In this document: positions 1 through 8,763 of the stretch, piece after piece
Numbering within the stretch: the stretch's first letter is position 1
Layout: each line of letters opens with the position of its first letter
Assembly: GCA_043811375.1 (NCBI GenBank)
Contig: JBDRNJ010000072.1
Span: forward strand, 1-64,000
Length of the DNA: 64,000 bases
Direction: 5' to 3'
DNA from: a bacterium
GTDB taxonomy: Bacteria; Zixibacteria; MSB-5A5; GN15; FEB-12
Program-made: the position numbers and the translations under genes
The notes under the pieces: model-generated
Database searches by the model: none
What the model saw: only the letters and a program-made list of their open reading frames with translations
What the model was told of the DNA's origin: nothing

Positions 1-159
1 GACCTGGCCACCCTCACCGACAATCGCTTCCTCGAACTCATCCAGGCATACAATAACACACCACGAAAATGTCTGGACTTTCTAACACCAGCAGAGATAT
101 TTTGGAATAACATGTTGCACTTCAAATTTGAATCCACCCCCCCTCCTGCGCGGGGATGA
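1..159 (+). mobile_element. 3' end of an IS30-family transposase (partial) with its right end
   Basis: Frame 1 reads DLATLTDNRFLELIQAYNNTPRKCLDFLTPAEIFWNNMLHFKFES..., matching the IS30 C-terminal motif N-x-x-PRK-x-L-x-x-x-TP-x-E. TGTTGCACTTCAAATTTGAATCCA (113-136) resembles IS30-family terminal inverted repeats. This ORF is missing from the supplied track because it is truncated. Confidence 0.85.
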
Positions 160-160
160 C
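137..160. repeat. REP-like palindrome (GTCA-tailed GC-rich hairpin) at the IS end
   Basis: The reverse complement is GTCATCCCCGCGCAGGAGGGGGGG, one stem mismatch from the widespread GTCATCCCCGCGnAnGCGGGG hairpin. Confidence 0.55.
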
Positions 161-223
161 GATGGTGTTGGTAATTGAGTGTTTCGACGATTGAGCATGA
201 TAGAACACTTTATCAACACCCTG

Positions 224-505
224 CTATAGTTGTCTGCGAATCAACCGGAACCGGGAACGCCTCGACAGCAGTCGCCTTTTTCTCAGGAGAGAGAATACCT
301 CCCACCAACTCACGGGAGCGACTTTTGAGAACCGGTTGGCCGCCCGTTTCATCTCCATGATCGTGGCAAAGGGGTCCTGCTGTACCAGTTGCAGGATGAT
401 GGTTTCCAGATCGGCGGTGGTCGGATCAACCGACTCCTCGGCCGGTAGTTGCTGTCGGCCAGAGGCAACCGCCACCTCCGGTTGATTCATGTTAACAACC
501 GTCAA
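224..505 (-). CDS. Small protein with a helical, basic, HTH-like C-terminal domain; probably the -1 frame extension of the upstream STAS gene
   Basis: LETIILQLVQQDPFATIMEM...VSWWEVFSLLRKRRL. TTG start without an obvious RBS. The frame stays open back through the A10 tract of the STAS gene. Confidence 0.6.
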   Translation of the reverse strand: MTVVNMNQPEVAVASGRQQLPAEESVDPTTADLETIILQLVQQDPFATIMEMKRAANRFSKVAPVSWWEVFSLLRKRRLLSRRSRFRLIRRQL

Positions 506-510
506 GTTGG

Positions 511-897
511 TTACCGATCTTTTTTTTTTGCCGTGGTACCGCCGGAGTTCAGGAAATCATCTCGAGCCTCGTCCACCGAACGGTACACCCTGAGAACTTT
601 GTCGAACTCCAGCAGTTCGTAGATCTCGTAAACGTTGCTGACCATGTTGGCCAGTTTGATGTCACCGCCATTGGCACGGATATCCCTGATATGTGATATG
701 AAAATCCCCCAGCCGGCAGAAGAGATATAATCCACTCCGGCCAGGTCCAGGACCATGCTGTAACGTTCCCGTTTCAACAGGGAATCGATGACTTCTTCCA
801 ACTCTGAAGCCGTAGTGGTGTCGATAACACCGTCAACACGCACCTCGGAGACCTTGTCCTGTTCGCTTTCCGCCAATGAGATTGATATGTTTTCCAT
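511..897 (-). CDS. STAS-domain anti-sigma factor antagonist (RsbV/SpoIIAA family)
   Basis: DGVIDTTTA...VLDLAGVDYISSAGWG retains the phosphorylatable Ser motif; also VYEIYELLEFDKV. Confidence 0.93.
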   Translation of the reverse strand: MENISISLAESEQDKVSEVRVDGVIDTTTASELEEVIDSLLKRERYSMVLDLAGVDYISSAGWGIFISHIRDIRANGGDIKLANMVSNVYEIYELLEFDKVLRVYRSVDEARDDFLNSGGTTAKKKDR

Positions 898-939
898 GTC
901 GCGATCAGTGCCGGGGTTAGAAACTATATCTATGGGATT

Positions 940-968
940 ATATTAACACCATTGCGGAGCGAAGGCAA
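940..968 (-). promoter_or_regulatory. Putative sigma70 promoter for the STAS gene
   Basis: Minus strand TTGCCT-N17-TAATAT with a TG extended -10, in the 88 bp intergenic gap. Confidence 0.4.
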
Positions 969-985
969 CAAAAAGATTGGAGCTG

Positions 986-3037
986 TCAACTACTTTGACG
1001 CCGCTTGGAATGGCTGCTCCCGACACCCCTGGTCTCGACACCGGTGGCGGACGGAGCGGCAGTCCGAGTGCCCGAGGAGACCTTCGCCGTTTGGACTCGC
1101 GCCACGATGAAAGTGAGGTCATCAGCCGGCTTGACAAAACCAGAGAAATCATCAAGCCGACTGACAATAGCTTTGCTGATGGTGGTGATTTTATGCCGGT
1201 GTAATATCTCGGCAGTAAACAACTGAGTCAGACGGTCCAGGCCGTACTGCTGTCCCTCCCGGTTGATCGTTTCGGTGATGCCGTCCGTGAATATCAGGAA
1301 AGCGTCGTCATCCTGGAGCGTAAATTTGGCTTCCTCCAGTCTTTCCTCAAAGCTCGTCCCCAGAGTCGTCGGCATACCCAGCGGCATTCCGGCCGGATTG
1401 ACCGGCGTCACTTCGTCCCCGGCAGCCCGGTACAGAAGCATCGGGTTGTGACCGGCCGAAACACAGTTCAGTTGACGCTCCGAGCTTTCGTAGATAGCCA
1501 GCATGACGGTGATAAACATTCCGGGCGGGATGTTTTCCTTGAAGTAGTCATTTACCTTGATCAGGATATCCCGAGCCGACACGGCGTTGGCGGCCTGTAT
1601 CTGTATAACCGTGCGCAGCATGGTCATCACCAGCGCGGCCGGCACACCCTTGCCGGAGACATCAGCCACCGCGATGCAGTAACGCTGGGGACCGGTGGCA
1701 AAAACATCGTAAAGATCGCCGCCGACGGTTGCCGCTGCTCGATAGTAGGCATCCAACTGAAGTCCCGGCACATCCGGCAATTGACGCGGCAGCAGGGTTT
1801 TCTGTATCTGGGAAGCCACTTCAATTTCCCGGGTCATTTTCTCTCGAGCAATGATGTTTTTACGGTCACGACTGAGGCGCGTCATAATCTCGTTGAATGC
1901 CTTCGAGATTTCAAAGAACTCCTCGGCTCCTTCCAGGGGCAATTCAGTTTCTAGATCGCCCGAAGCAAACCGTCGCACTCGTCGGGTGATTTTAACTATG
2001 GGTCGGACAAAGTAGTTCGACAGAAAGTAGGTCCCCAAAATACCGAACACCAGCAGGACCAGTATCAGAATAGCTATCTGCAAACGAGCGCGGGCCAGTT
2101 TGTCGTCGATCTCGGATGAAGAATAAGTGATATGCACCAGTCCGATCTGCCTGTCGCTGCTGCCTATGGGCGTGATCAGGTAGCTGCGTTGCCGGCTATC
2201 GTCGGGAAACCGATGGATATAGCGGGTTGAGTTGACATCCACAAAATCAGGCGCCTGATAGCGTTTACGGATATTGTGAATGTCTTCGGAATGGGCCAGA
2301 ATCAACCCGGCCGAATCGGTCAGCACGATCAACTGCAGCTCGGGATTGGATTGCATATAGCTGACAATCAGTTCGTCGAATTCAACGTCCGAACGGCGGT
2401 TGAGAATGTACCCGGCGGCCTGAGCGGCAACCGTCTGAGCCAGGGAATTAACGGTGTCATCCAGGTGACCATAGATATAGCGCGTGGTGCGATGATCGAT
2501 ATAGTAGAAAGCCACCCCGATAATAATCGACATAATCAGGAAGGTCCACACGGAGAACTTCATCCGCAGCGTCAGCAGCCGGCGCAGGAACGGGCGGCCT
2601 TCCGTACGAACTCCCTTTATCCGCTTGATCATGCGCAGTTCATTGAACCCCGCCGCCGAGATGTATTCCACCGAATCCATGATCTTCTGGATCATGTAGA
2701 ATCCCAGACCGCCTTTGCGACCCGAGGCCACCAACCGCTGAAGATCAATCCGTCCGGCGCCTTCCGCCTGAAAAGAACGGCCGGCATCAATCAGGGAGAA
2801 CACCAGCAATTTTCGGTAGACAACAATGCGCAGGCGGATGGTCCCCTTCTCGTACAGGTAGGCGTGGCGGATGATATTGGTAGCCCCTTCCTCAATGGCC
2901 AGCAGGACGGCGGTTATGTCACGGCGTGACATTCCGGCCGCGACGCAGCTTTCGCGAGCCGTACGCTGAATACTGTCGAGATACTTCTCTTCGGCAATAA
3001 ATTCGGCGTTGACTTCTTTTATCGGGCGACGAAACAT
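986..3037 (-). CDS. Membrane-bound fusion: RsbW-like Ser kinase (HATPase), 2 TM segments with periplasmic domain, HAMP, and SpoIIE/PP2C phosphatase
   Basis: N-terminal LAIEEGATNIIRHAY, DAG and GRKGGLG boxes; two hydrophobic segments; HAMP (RPIVKIT...EFFEISKAFNEI); PP2C motifs VGGDLYD, IAVADVSGKG, FTDGITE, DDLT. ATG at 3037 preferred over TTG at 3064. Confidence 0.9.
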   Translation of the reverse strand: MFRRPIKEVNAEFIAEEKYLDSIQRTARESCVAAGMSRRDITAVLLAIEEGATNIIRHAYLYEKGTIRLRIVVYRKLLVFSLIDAGRSFQAEGAGRIDLQRLVASGRKGGLGFYMIQKIMDSVEYISAAGFNELRMIKRIKGVRTEGRPFLRRLLTLRMKFSVWTFLIMSIIIGVAFYYIDHRTTRYIYGHLDDTVNSLAQTVAAQAAGYILNRRSDVEFDELIVSYMQSNPELQLIVLTDSAGLILAHSEDIHNIRKRYQAPDFVDVNSTRYIHRFPDDSRQRSYLITPIGSSDRQIGLVHITYSSSEIDDKLARARLQIAILILVLLVFGILGTYFLSNYFVRPIVKITRRVRRFASGDLETELPLEGAEEFFEISKAFNEIMTRLSRDRKNIIAREKMTREIEVASQIQKTLLPRQLPDVPGLQLDAYYRAAATVGGDLYDVFATGPQRYCIAVADVSGKGVPAALVMTMLRTVIQIQAANAVSARDILIKVNDYFKENIPPGMFITVMLAIYESSERQLNCVSAGHNPMLLYRAAGDEVTPVNPAGMPLGMPTTLGTSFEERLEEAKFTLQDDDAFLIFTDGITETINREGQQYGLDRLTQLFTAEILHRHKITTISKAIVSRLDDFSGFVKPADDLTFIVARVQTAKVSSGTRTAAPSATGVETRGVGSSHSKRRQSS

Positions 3038-3099
3038 TTGTACAATAGTAGTTTTGCCCGGCACCGGAATTCAACTAAAACGATGCGGCCGGCAAGTAA

Positions 3100-4932
3100 T
3101 CACTCAGATTTCTGCGACTGAAGTCGCAGCCGGGCCTGTTCCAGATTATCCCTGGTGCTGGTGCTGTTGGGGTATGCTTGCAGGACTTTTTCCCAGGCCT
3201 CAATCGCCTTCTGGTATTCCTTGTTGCGCATGTGGCGCAAACCCTCGAGGTACAGAGGCCAGACAGTCTTGTCTTTCTGAATTTCTTCCAATACGGGTGA
3301 CTGAGCCAGAGCCTGATCAATCCTGCGCAGGTATTCGGTGGCTATCGGCTCAGACGGATCAGCGGTCAGGACAGCCTGGAAATGTCGGCGTGACCGGACG
3401 TATTCTCCCTCCCGGTAGAGTTCCATGGCCCGGTTAAGCTGCTGGGCCATATCGAGATTCCGGGCTGTGCGTTGCCTGGCCTGGAGCGCCTCGACATGCG
3501 AGGAATCAAGTTCCAGAATCCTCGAATAGGACTCGATAGCCGTCAGGTACTGACCGTTACGCTCGGCAGCCTGGCCGATGTCAAGATTGTGCGCAATTTC
3601 AGACCTGACAGTATCTTCAATAGCGTCTTTAAGTGTCCGCGCCGACTTGTGTTCCGGCTCGATGTCCAGAACCAACTGCAGCATGTCCAGTGCAGCGGCA
3701 TAGTTATGTTTGGAAAGGAAACTGCGAGCCTGGCGAAGATGGTTATCGGCATTGCGGTTCAATTCTCGCTGCGTTTCCACCATCATCTGCTCGCGCTGGA
3801 GCAGAATCCGCCGGGCGTTTTCTATGCCTGTGATAGTGCCGATGATCTTCTGGTTACCTTCGTCGTGGGCCAGTGCTCGCTGGTAGTATGTCAGAGCGGA
3901 ATCCAGTTGGAACTGCCGGTAAAAGGCATCAGCCTTATCTCGGTAGAACACGAACTGGCGGAGCCGTTCGTCAGCCAGCAACTCCGAACCGCGGCGCTTA
4001 TCCTCCTGTTGCCGCCGGTTTCGGCGCTCATCCAGCGAGGAACCGATGAGGAATGACAACGAGAAGCGGTGGCTGTCATTAACGTATCCCAGTACCTTAT
4101 AGGCGTAGTCTATTTTCAATCGTCGGTGCTTGAGACCGGCGCCAAACGAGAAGTTGTCGCGATTGTACCCGGTTCTCAGGGAGTAACATTCGTCAAAGGA
4201 AATTTCCGCACCGGCGTGCACACGAGTGGCTCGTTTCTCGATCTTTTCGAGTTCAAACGAGCCGCTCAAGTCGATCCGGTTCGACAGACGCAACTGCTTG
4301 ATACCCAGTCCGCCGGTTACCGTCAACGGGGTTATCTCGTTTGTCCCTTCCAGTTTCAGCGAGGGAGGAATCATGTCCCGTATCATGATGCCGGCGATAA
4401 GTTGCCGACTCAGGTCGGCCGTCATGCCAAAATCCAGTCCGGCGCCGTAGTCAGAGTAGACATCGAGCTTCTGATTGACCACTTTGATACCCACCCCCAT
4501 TGCCAGACCGCCACGCAGGCGGCGGCCGTACGACAGCAGCATTTGCCAGGTTCCATAATCAAAGCTGCCGGTCTTGACAAAGCCAGAACGACGAGTGATA
4601 TCATCAACACCTACGCGCATGTATGCCAGTCCCACTCCACCATGATTCAGGAGGGGATATGCCCAACCGGCATAATCACTGGAGGCTCCTTCCAGCAAGA
4701 GCATACGCGACAACGATACCTCCTGATACCGCAGTGCCGCCAGTCCGGCCGGATTATAAAAGATAGCCGACGCATCATCGGCCAGCGACGTAAATCCGCC
4801 CCCCATCGCCAGCGACCGTGCTGAGACACCGACAGCAAATGGAGATTCATGTCCGGCGTCACCGGCTACCGCGACACCGGCCAGCCACAGAACCGCCATC
4901 ACTACCGAGAGGATGTTACGTCCGGGCAGCAT
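3100..4932 (-). CDS. PorV/PorQ-like outer-membrane beta-barrel with C-terminal TPR repeats
   Basis: Signal peptide; GVSARSLAMGG...DDASAIFYNPAGLA (FadL/PorV N-terminal motif); barrel ends in IDYAY...SHRFSL; then a coiled region and several TPR-like helices. Confidence 0.85.
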   Translation of the reverse strand: MLPGRNILSVVMAVLWLAGVAVAGDAGHESPFAVGVSARSLAMGGGFTSLADDASAIFYNPAGLAALRYQEVSLSRMLLLEGASSDYAGWAYPLLNHGGVGLAYMRVGVDDITRRSGFVKTGSFDYGTWQMLLSYGRRLRGGLAMGVGIKVVNQKLDVYSDYGAGLDFGMTADLSRQLIAGIMIRDMIPPSLKLEGTNEITPLTVTGGLGIKQLRLSNRIDLSGSFELEKIEKRATRVHAGAEISFDECYSLRTGYNRDNFSFGAGLKHRRLKIDYAYKVLGYVNDSHRFSLSFLIGSSLDERRNRRQQEDKRRGSELLADERLRQFVFYRDKADAFYRQFQLDSALTYYQRALAHDEGNQKIIGTITGIENARRILLQREQMMVETQRELNRNADNHLRQARSFLSKHNYAAALDMLQLVLDIEPEHKSARTLKDAIEDTVRSEIAHNLDIGQAAERNGQYLTAIESYSRILELDSSHVEALQARQRTARNLDMAQQLNRAMELYREGEYVRSRRHFQAVLTADPSEPIATEYLRRIDQALAQSPVLEEIQKDKTVWPLYLEGLRHMRNKEYQKAIEAWEKVLQAYPNSTSTRDNLEQARLRLQSQKSE

Positions 4933-7900
4933 CAGTGCACCACCGCTACTTTCGTCCGAGCCGTCTCACCGGTACGAACCAGTCTGACGACCGCGACATA
5001 TACACCATTCAATACTTCATAACCGGCATCGTTACGACCATCCCAGGTGACTTCATTCTCACCCAGCGTTGCCCCCGGCCCGCCAGCCGGCAGGTCTTGA
5101 GAATAAACCTCTTCCCCGCTGAGAGTAAATATTCTGAATTCCACCGGCGACAACTCGAGCAGTTCATAGGCAAAACGCAGGGGACCGTGCTCCGGATGGA
5201 AAGGATTGTTCTCCATTACGAACGATTCCTGCAGCCCGGCGCCGCGAGTCGAGTAGACCCGGGAAATGAGTTGCTCCCTCCCGTCGGGGGAGGTAACTGC
5301 TACCGGCTGTCCCGCCGCCGGGCCGTCGGCAAAACGCGCCGTTATATGATGACGTTCGAGTTCGATTCGGAACAATGACGGTACGGTTGTCGTGAAAGTC
5401 GCCACAAAGGCAATTGTCCGTTCCTGCAGAGGTTCGATCACGAAATCGGAAAAGACCATCCTCAAGACGGCTCCGTCAGCCGACGAGGTCGTTACCAACT
5501 GATCCTGCTCATAGCAGCCGGTTTTCGCCGGATCAACTAACTGTCCCACGTCAAGGAGTGCCCCGGTACCGCTCCTGAATACAATTTCAATTTCTTCCAC
5601 ACGGATGGCTGCCGCCGAGGTGCCGCCGAGGTTAGCCAGCCGGAGGCTGAACAATTCCCTGCTGCTGCCGGGGGAAATTAGATTGGAACCGGTTATCTCC
5701 GGATGAACATATAAATCAGCCGACAACGAAGCCACCTGCAGAGTGAAGGCAATAGACGTGTCGGATAGTATCGCCGGAAGGTTGGTGTTGGAGTCAACCG
5801 GCAGGTCGACAAGTGTGAAAACAAAGTTGGCCGTCGTGTCCACCAGCGGCGCCCGGAACAGAAAAATTTTATAAAGACCGGCCTCAATGGTCCCAATCAG
5901 CGGGTCTTCGATACCGAAATCGACACCACCCGTGGTCAGGCGAAAAGTCCCGACCGAAACGCCGGCCTGACCGGTATTGTGCATCTCCATAGTAAGATCA
6001 AAATCGTCCCCCTGGCCGACCAGACCGTTGGTCACCCCATGCAGCGCATAAGCCAGTTCGAGCCGGGCGGGAGTCTGTATCGTCACCAGGGCGAAATCGT
6101 CCAGCGGCTGTTCCTGTGTGACCTGGAGCGATGGGATGCTGACCCGGAATATCTCAGCGGCATTCGGCACCGGCGATGCTTCCACATCGAAGCGGGCCGT
6201 CAATGTATCGTAGGGGTCAATACCGGCTACTCCCAGTATCGGGTCAAACAGCGAGGAACCGTTAGTACTGAGATATAGATCGAATGGACCGATGACGGCG
6301 GCTGAGGTGAGATTGGCCAGCCGACATTCTATCTGAAATTGCTGACCGGTGTTCACCTTCGGCGCGTTGGGCGCCACCACCTCGACCTGGATAATTTTCA
6401 CTTCCGGCGGAGTCACTACCGACAGAGTTTCACCGGAGAAATCGGTCTCGAAAACAACCGTGTCGCCGGTGCCGGGAACGGTCAGATAGAGTGTCGCGGA
6501 GGCACGCAGGTCCACACCCAACTGGTCGGCAGGAATGAATACAGCCTCCGTTTCCATCAGATTCGCCCCCGAGTACAGTGAATCAATCGCTCCGACCAGA
6601 TTGGTGGCTACGGCAAAGCCGTCACCATCAAGGCGAAAACGAGTCTGCTCGATATTGATACCCAGAGGAAAATCATTGTCCAATTGCAGAAGAAACTCAA
6701 ACGATGCCGGCTCCCCGGCGTAAACGATGGTTGGAGACAGTGAACTGTCGACATAGCTAAGCTCGACGTTCACCAGCAGGAATAGAGAATCGGCGAAGGG
6801 GGTCGTTAACTGGAATTGCTGAGATCCGGAAGTCAGTCTATAGTCCATTATGACCGGGTACCAGCCGGGTCGCAGTCCGTTTGGGTCCGCAAACTGTATG
6901 GAAAGGTCACGGTACTTGATTACACTGCCGTCAAAAGAGTCGAAATTGACCGTACCATCGAAAAAGACCACATCGTCTCCATAAGGATTGACTACAGTCA
7001 GCTTCAGTGACGTCTGGTCAATCGGTCCGGTAAAAGCATCGGCGGCAACATCAAACGACAGGGCAAAGAGCTCTCCCGGCCAAACGGTGTCGGTTACGAA
7101 GGAACTAGCCACAACCTCAAACGACGGGGCCGAAATAACTGCAACAGTAATTTCTCTCCGGTCGGATGTCGTCAGCATTTGCCCGCCGATAGTGTACCCG
7201 GCACTCAATTCAACCGACAACACCACCTCTGTGAGACTCGCATCGAGAGCCGGCAGGTCCAGGTCAACGGTGTCGACAGCTCCGTGTGAATCCGGTTGGA
7301 AAGTAGCCGTCACCGTGTCATCCCCGGGCAGCAATATGACGGTAATGGTCGGCTCCCGGTCGGCCTGGTGCCGCCCGTTGTTCTGCACCACTACTCGAAC
7401 AGGATTTGTCTGGTAGGAACAGACCTGGCTGACGGGCTGTCCGGAAGTGTCGATAACGGCGATTATGTCATAGCCGCTAAAAGAGACTTCTGCCGGTTCC
7501 GAGATGATGTCACCAACAACGGCGCTGATCATCGCCACCGCCGAGCGCCCCTGGTAGGTCACTCCCAGCGGAAGCAGGTCGACAGCTCCCTCGTTCAGAT
7601 GAGCCGACTGGTCGATCAGGTTCGGGGTCAGCAAACCCTTATCAATGGTCAACAGAATCGGCTCCGTCTGAAGATCATGGTTGGTTCTCCGGTTTCCGAA
7701 GCGGTCGAAGAGGGTAATCCCGGCTGATCCCATCAGAGGATGTCCAACCACCTGATCGGGCTCGATAGCCAGAGCCAGCGACGCCAATTCTGCGGGAACT
7801 ACAGCAAACTCCTGCGAAGGGGCGGGGCCAGCTATCAATCTGCCCCGCTTGCTGAGTGCCAGTCCGTTCAGGTGATACTCGGTCGCAACAGTCGAATTCC

Positions 7901-8384
7901 CGATTACCTTCAGCCTGAGCTCTACCGTAACCGGCCAGGTGGCGGCCGCCGAGTCGGGACGAGGTCCGTCGTTACCGTGGCTTGTACGAAGAAAAATCGT
8001 CAGCAGGTTACCGTCGACCTCATAATGGTGAACTCGAAAGCTGAAATGGGGGCGTCCGTCGGAGATTTTTATCGAATCCAGAAGGCTAAGGTCAAAGCCA
8101 TCAGGGAACTCAAAAACCAGGCTGCCACCATGCAGAGCAAACAGGACCAGGGGAGGCAACCGGAAGCTGAGGAGATATTCGGAACTGTTACCGGCGATGG
8201 TGTCACCCGGGAATACAACAAAACTATCCAGGGGAACAAGACAACTTGAGTCAGAGAAGAAAATGTCAGGGCTGATATCCTGATCCGATACCTCCAACTG
8301 CTCGACGGAACTGACTGTGCCTATGGTGAAAACACCAAGAAAGACAGCAAGTCCCGTGATCCGAACAAACTTCGTAAATCTCAT
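4932..8384 (-). CDS. Large acidic, beta-rich secreted protein with a C-terminal FlgD-Ig/T9SS-like sorting domain
   Basis: Signal peptide; Ig-like composition; C-terminal NNPFHP...FRIFTLSGEEV...TWDGRNDAG...NGVY...KVAVVH. Its stop overlaps the start of the barrel gene. Confidence 0.8.
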   Translation of the reverse strand: MRFTKFVRITGLAVFLGVFTIGTVSSVEQLEVSDQDISPDIFFSDSSCLVPLDSFVVFPGDTIAGNSSEYLLSFRLPPLVLFALHGGSLVFEFPDGFDLSLLDSIKISDGRPHFSFRVHHYEVDGNLLTIFLRTSHGNDGPRPDSAAATWPVTVELRLKVIGNSTVATEYHLNGLALSKRGRLIAGPAPSQEFAVVPAELASLALAIEPDQVVGHPLMGSAGITLFDRFGNRRTNHDLQTEPILLTIDKGLLTPNLIDQSAHLNEGAVDLLPLGVTYQGRSAVAMISAVVGDIISEPAEVSFSGYDIIAVIDTSGQPVSQVCSYQTNPVRVVVQNNGRHQADREPTITVILLPGDDTVTATFQPDSHGAVDTVDLDLPALDASLTEVVLSVELSAGYTIGGQMLTTSDRREITVAVISAPSFEVVASSFVTDTVWPGELFALSFDVAADAFTGPIDQTSLKLTVVNPYGDDVVFFDGTVNFDSFDGSVIKYRDLSIQFADPNGLRPGWYPVIMDYRLTSGSQQFQLTTPFADSLFLLVNVELSYVDSSLSPTIVYAGEPASFEFLLQLDNDFPLGINIEQTRFRLDGDGFAVATNLVGAIDSLYSGANLMETEAVFIPADQLGVDLRASATLYLTVPGTGDTVVFETDFSGETLSVVTPPEVKIIQVEVVAPNAPKVNTGQQFQIECRLANLTSAAVIGPFDLYLSTNGSSLFDPILGVAGIDPYDTLTARFDVEASPVPNAAEIFRVSIPSLQVTQEQPLDDFALVTIQTPARLELAYALHGVTNGLVGQGDDFDLTMEMHNTGQAGVSVGTFRLTTGGVDFGIEDPLIGTIEAGLYKIFLFRAPLVDTTANFVFTLVDLPVDSNTNLPAILSDTSIAFTLQVASLSADLYVHPEITGSNLISPGSSRELFSLRLANLGGTSAAAIRVEEIEIVFRSGTGALLDVGQLVDPAKTGCYEQDQLVTTSSADGAVLRMVFSDFVIEPLQERTIAFVATFTTTVPSLFRIELERHHITARFADGPAAGQPVAVTSPDGREQLISRVYSTRGAGLQESFVMENNPFHPEHGPLRFAYELLELSPVEFRIFTLSGEEVYSQDLPAGGPGATLGENEVTWDGRNDAGYEVLNGVYVAVVRLVRTGETARTKVAVVH

Positions 8385-8438
8385 CGAACAGTAGTAACCC
8401 TGTTTTCAGGATAAGTATAACCAATCTGGTACAGAAGC

Positions 8439-8454
8439 AGCAAAGATAGTGCCC
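8439..8454 (-). promoter_or_regulatory. Putative sigma54 (-24/-12) promoter for the secreted protein/barrel/partner-switch operon
   Basis: Minus strand GGGCACTATCTTTGCT: GG-N10-GC with GGCAC and TTGCT, about 55 bp upstream of the ATG. Confidence 0.6.
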
Positions 8455-8763
8455 TCTACCGAGGATCACAAGCGATTTGTGCAGGTATGTACAGACTTTC
8501 ACTTCTGTAATTTCTTTTCTCCTTACCCGGTTGGATACAAAGGATTTAGCGTTGTTGTCCTCAATTGTCTTTATGAATGAAAGCAGGGTACTATAATTGT
8601 GATATAACCCTCACCGCCGGATCAGGGAAAATGTGCAAAAATGTTGCAGCGAGCGGCATACAGTTTGCATTTCAAGAACGCCCGATCGACACCAGGTACA
8701 ACCCGATGCCGATGTCCCGGAGAGTGTTCACCGCTCAGGGTGTGTGCTACAATGTGGTCGGGT

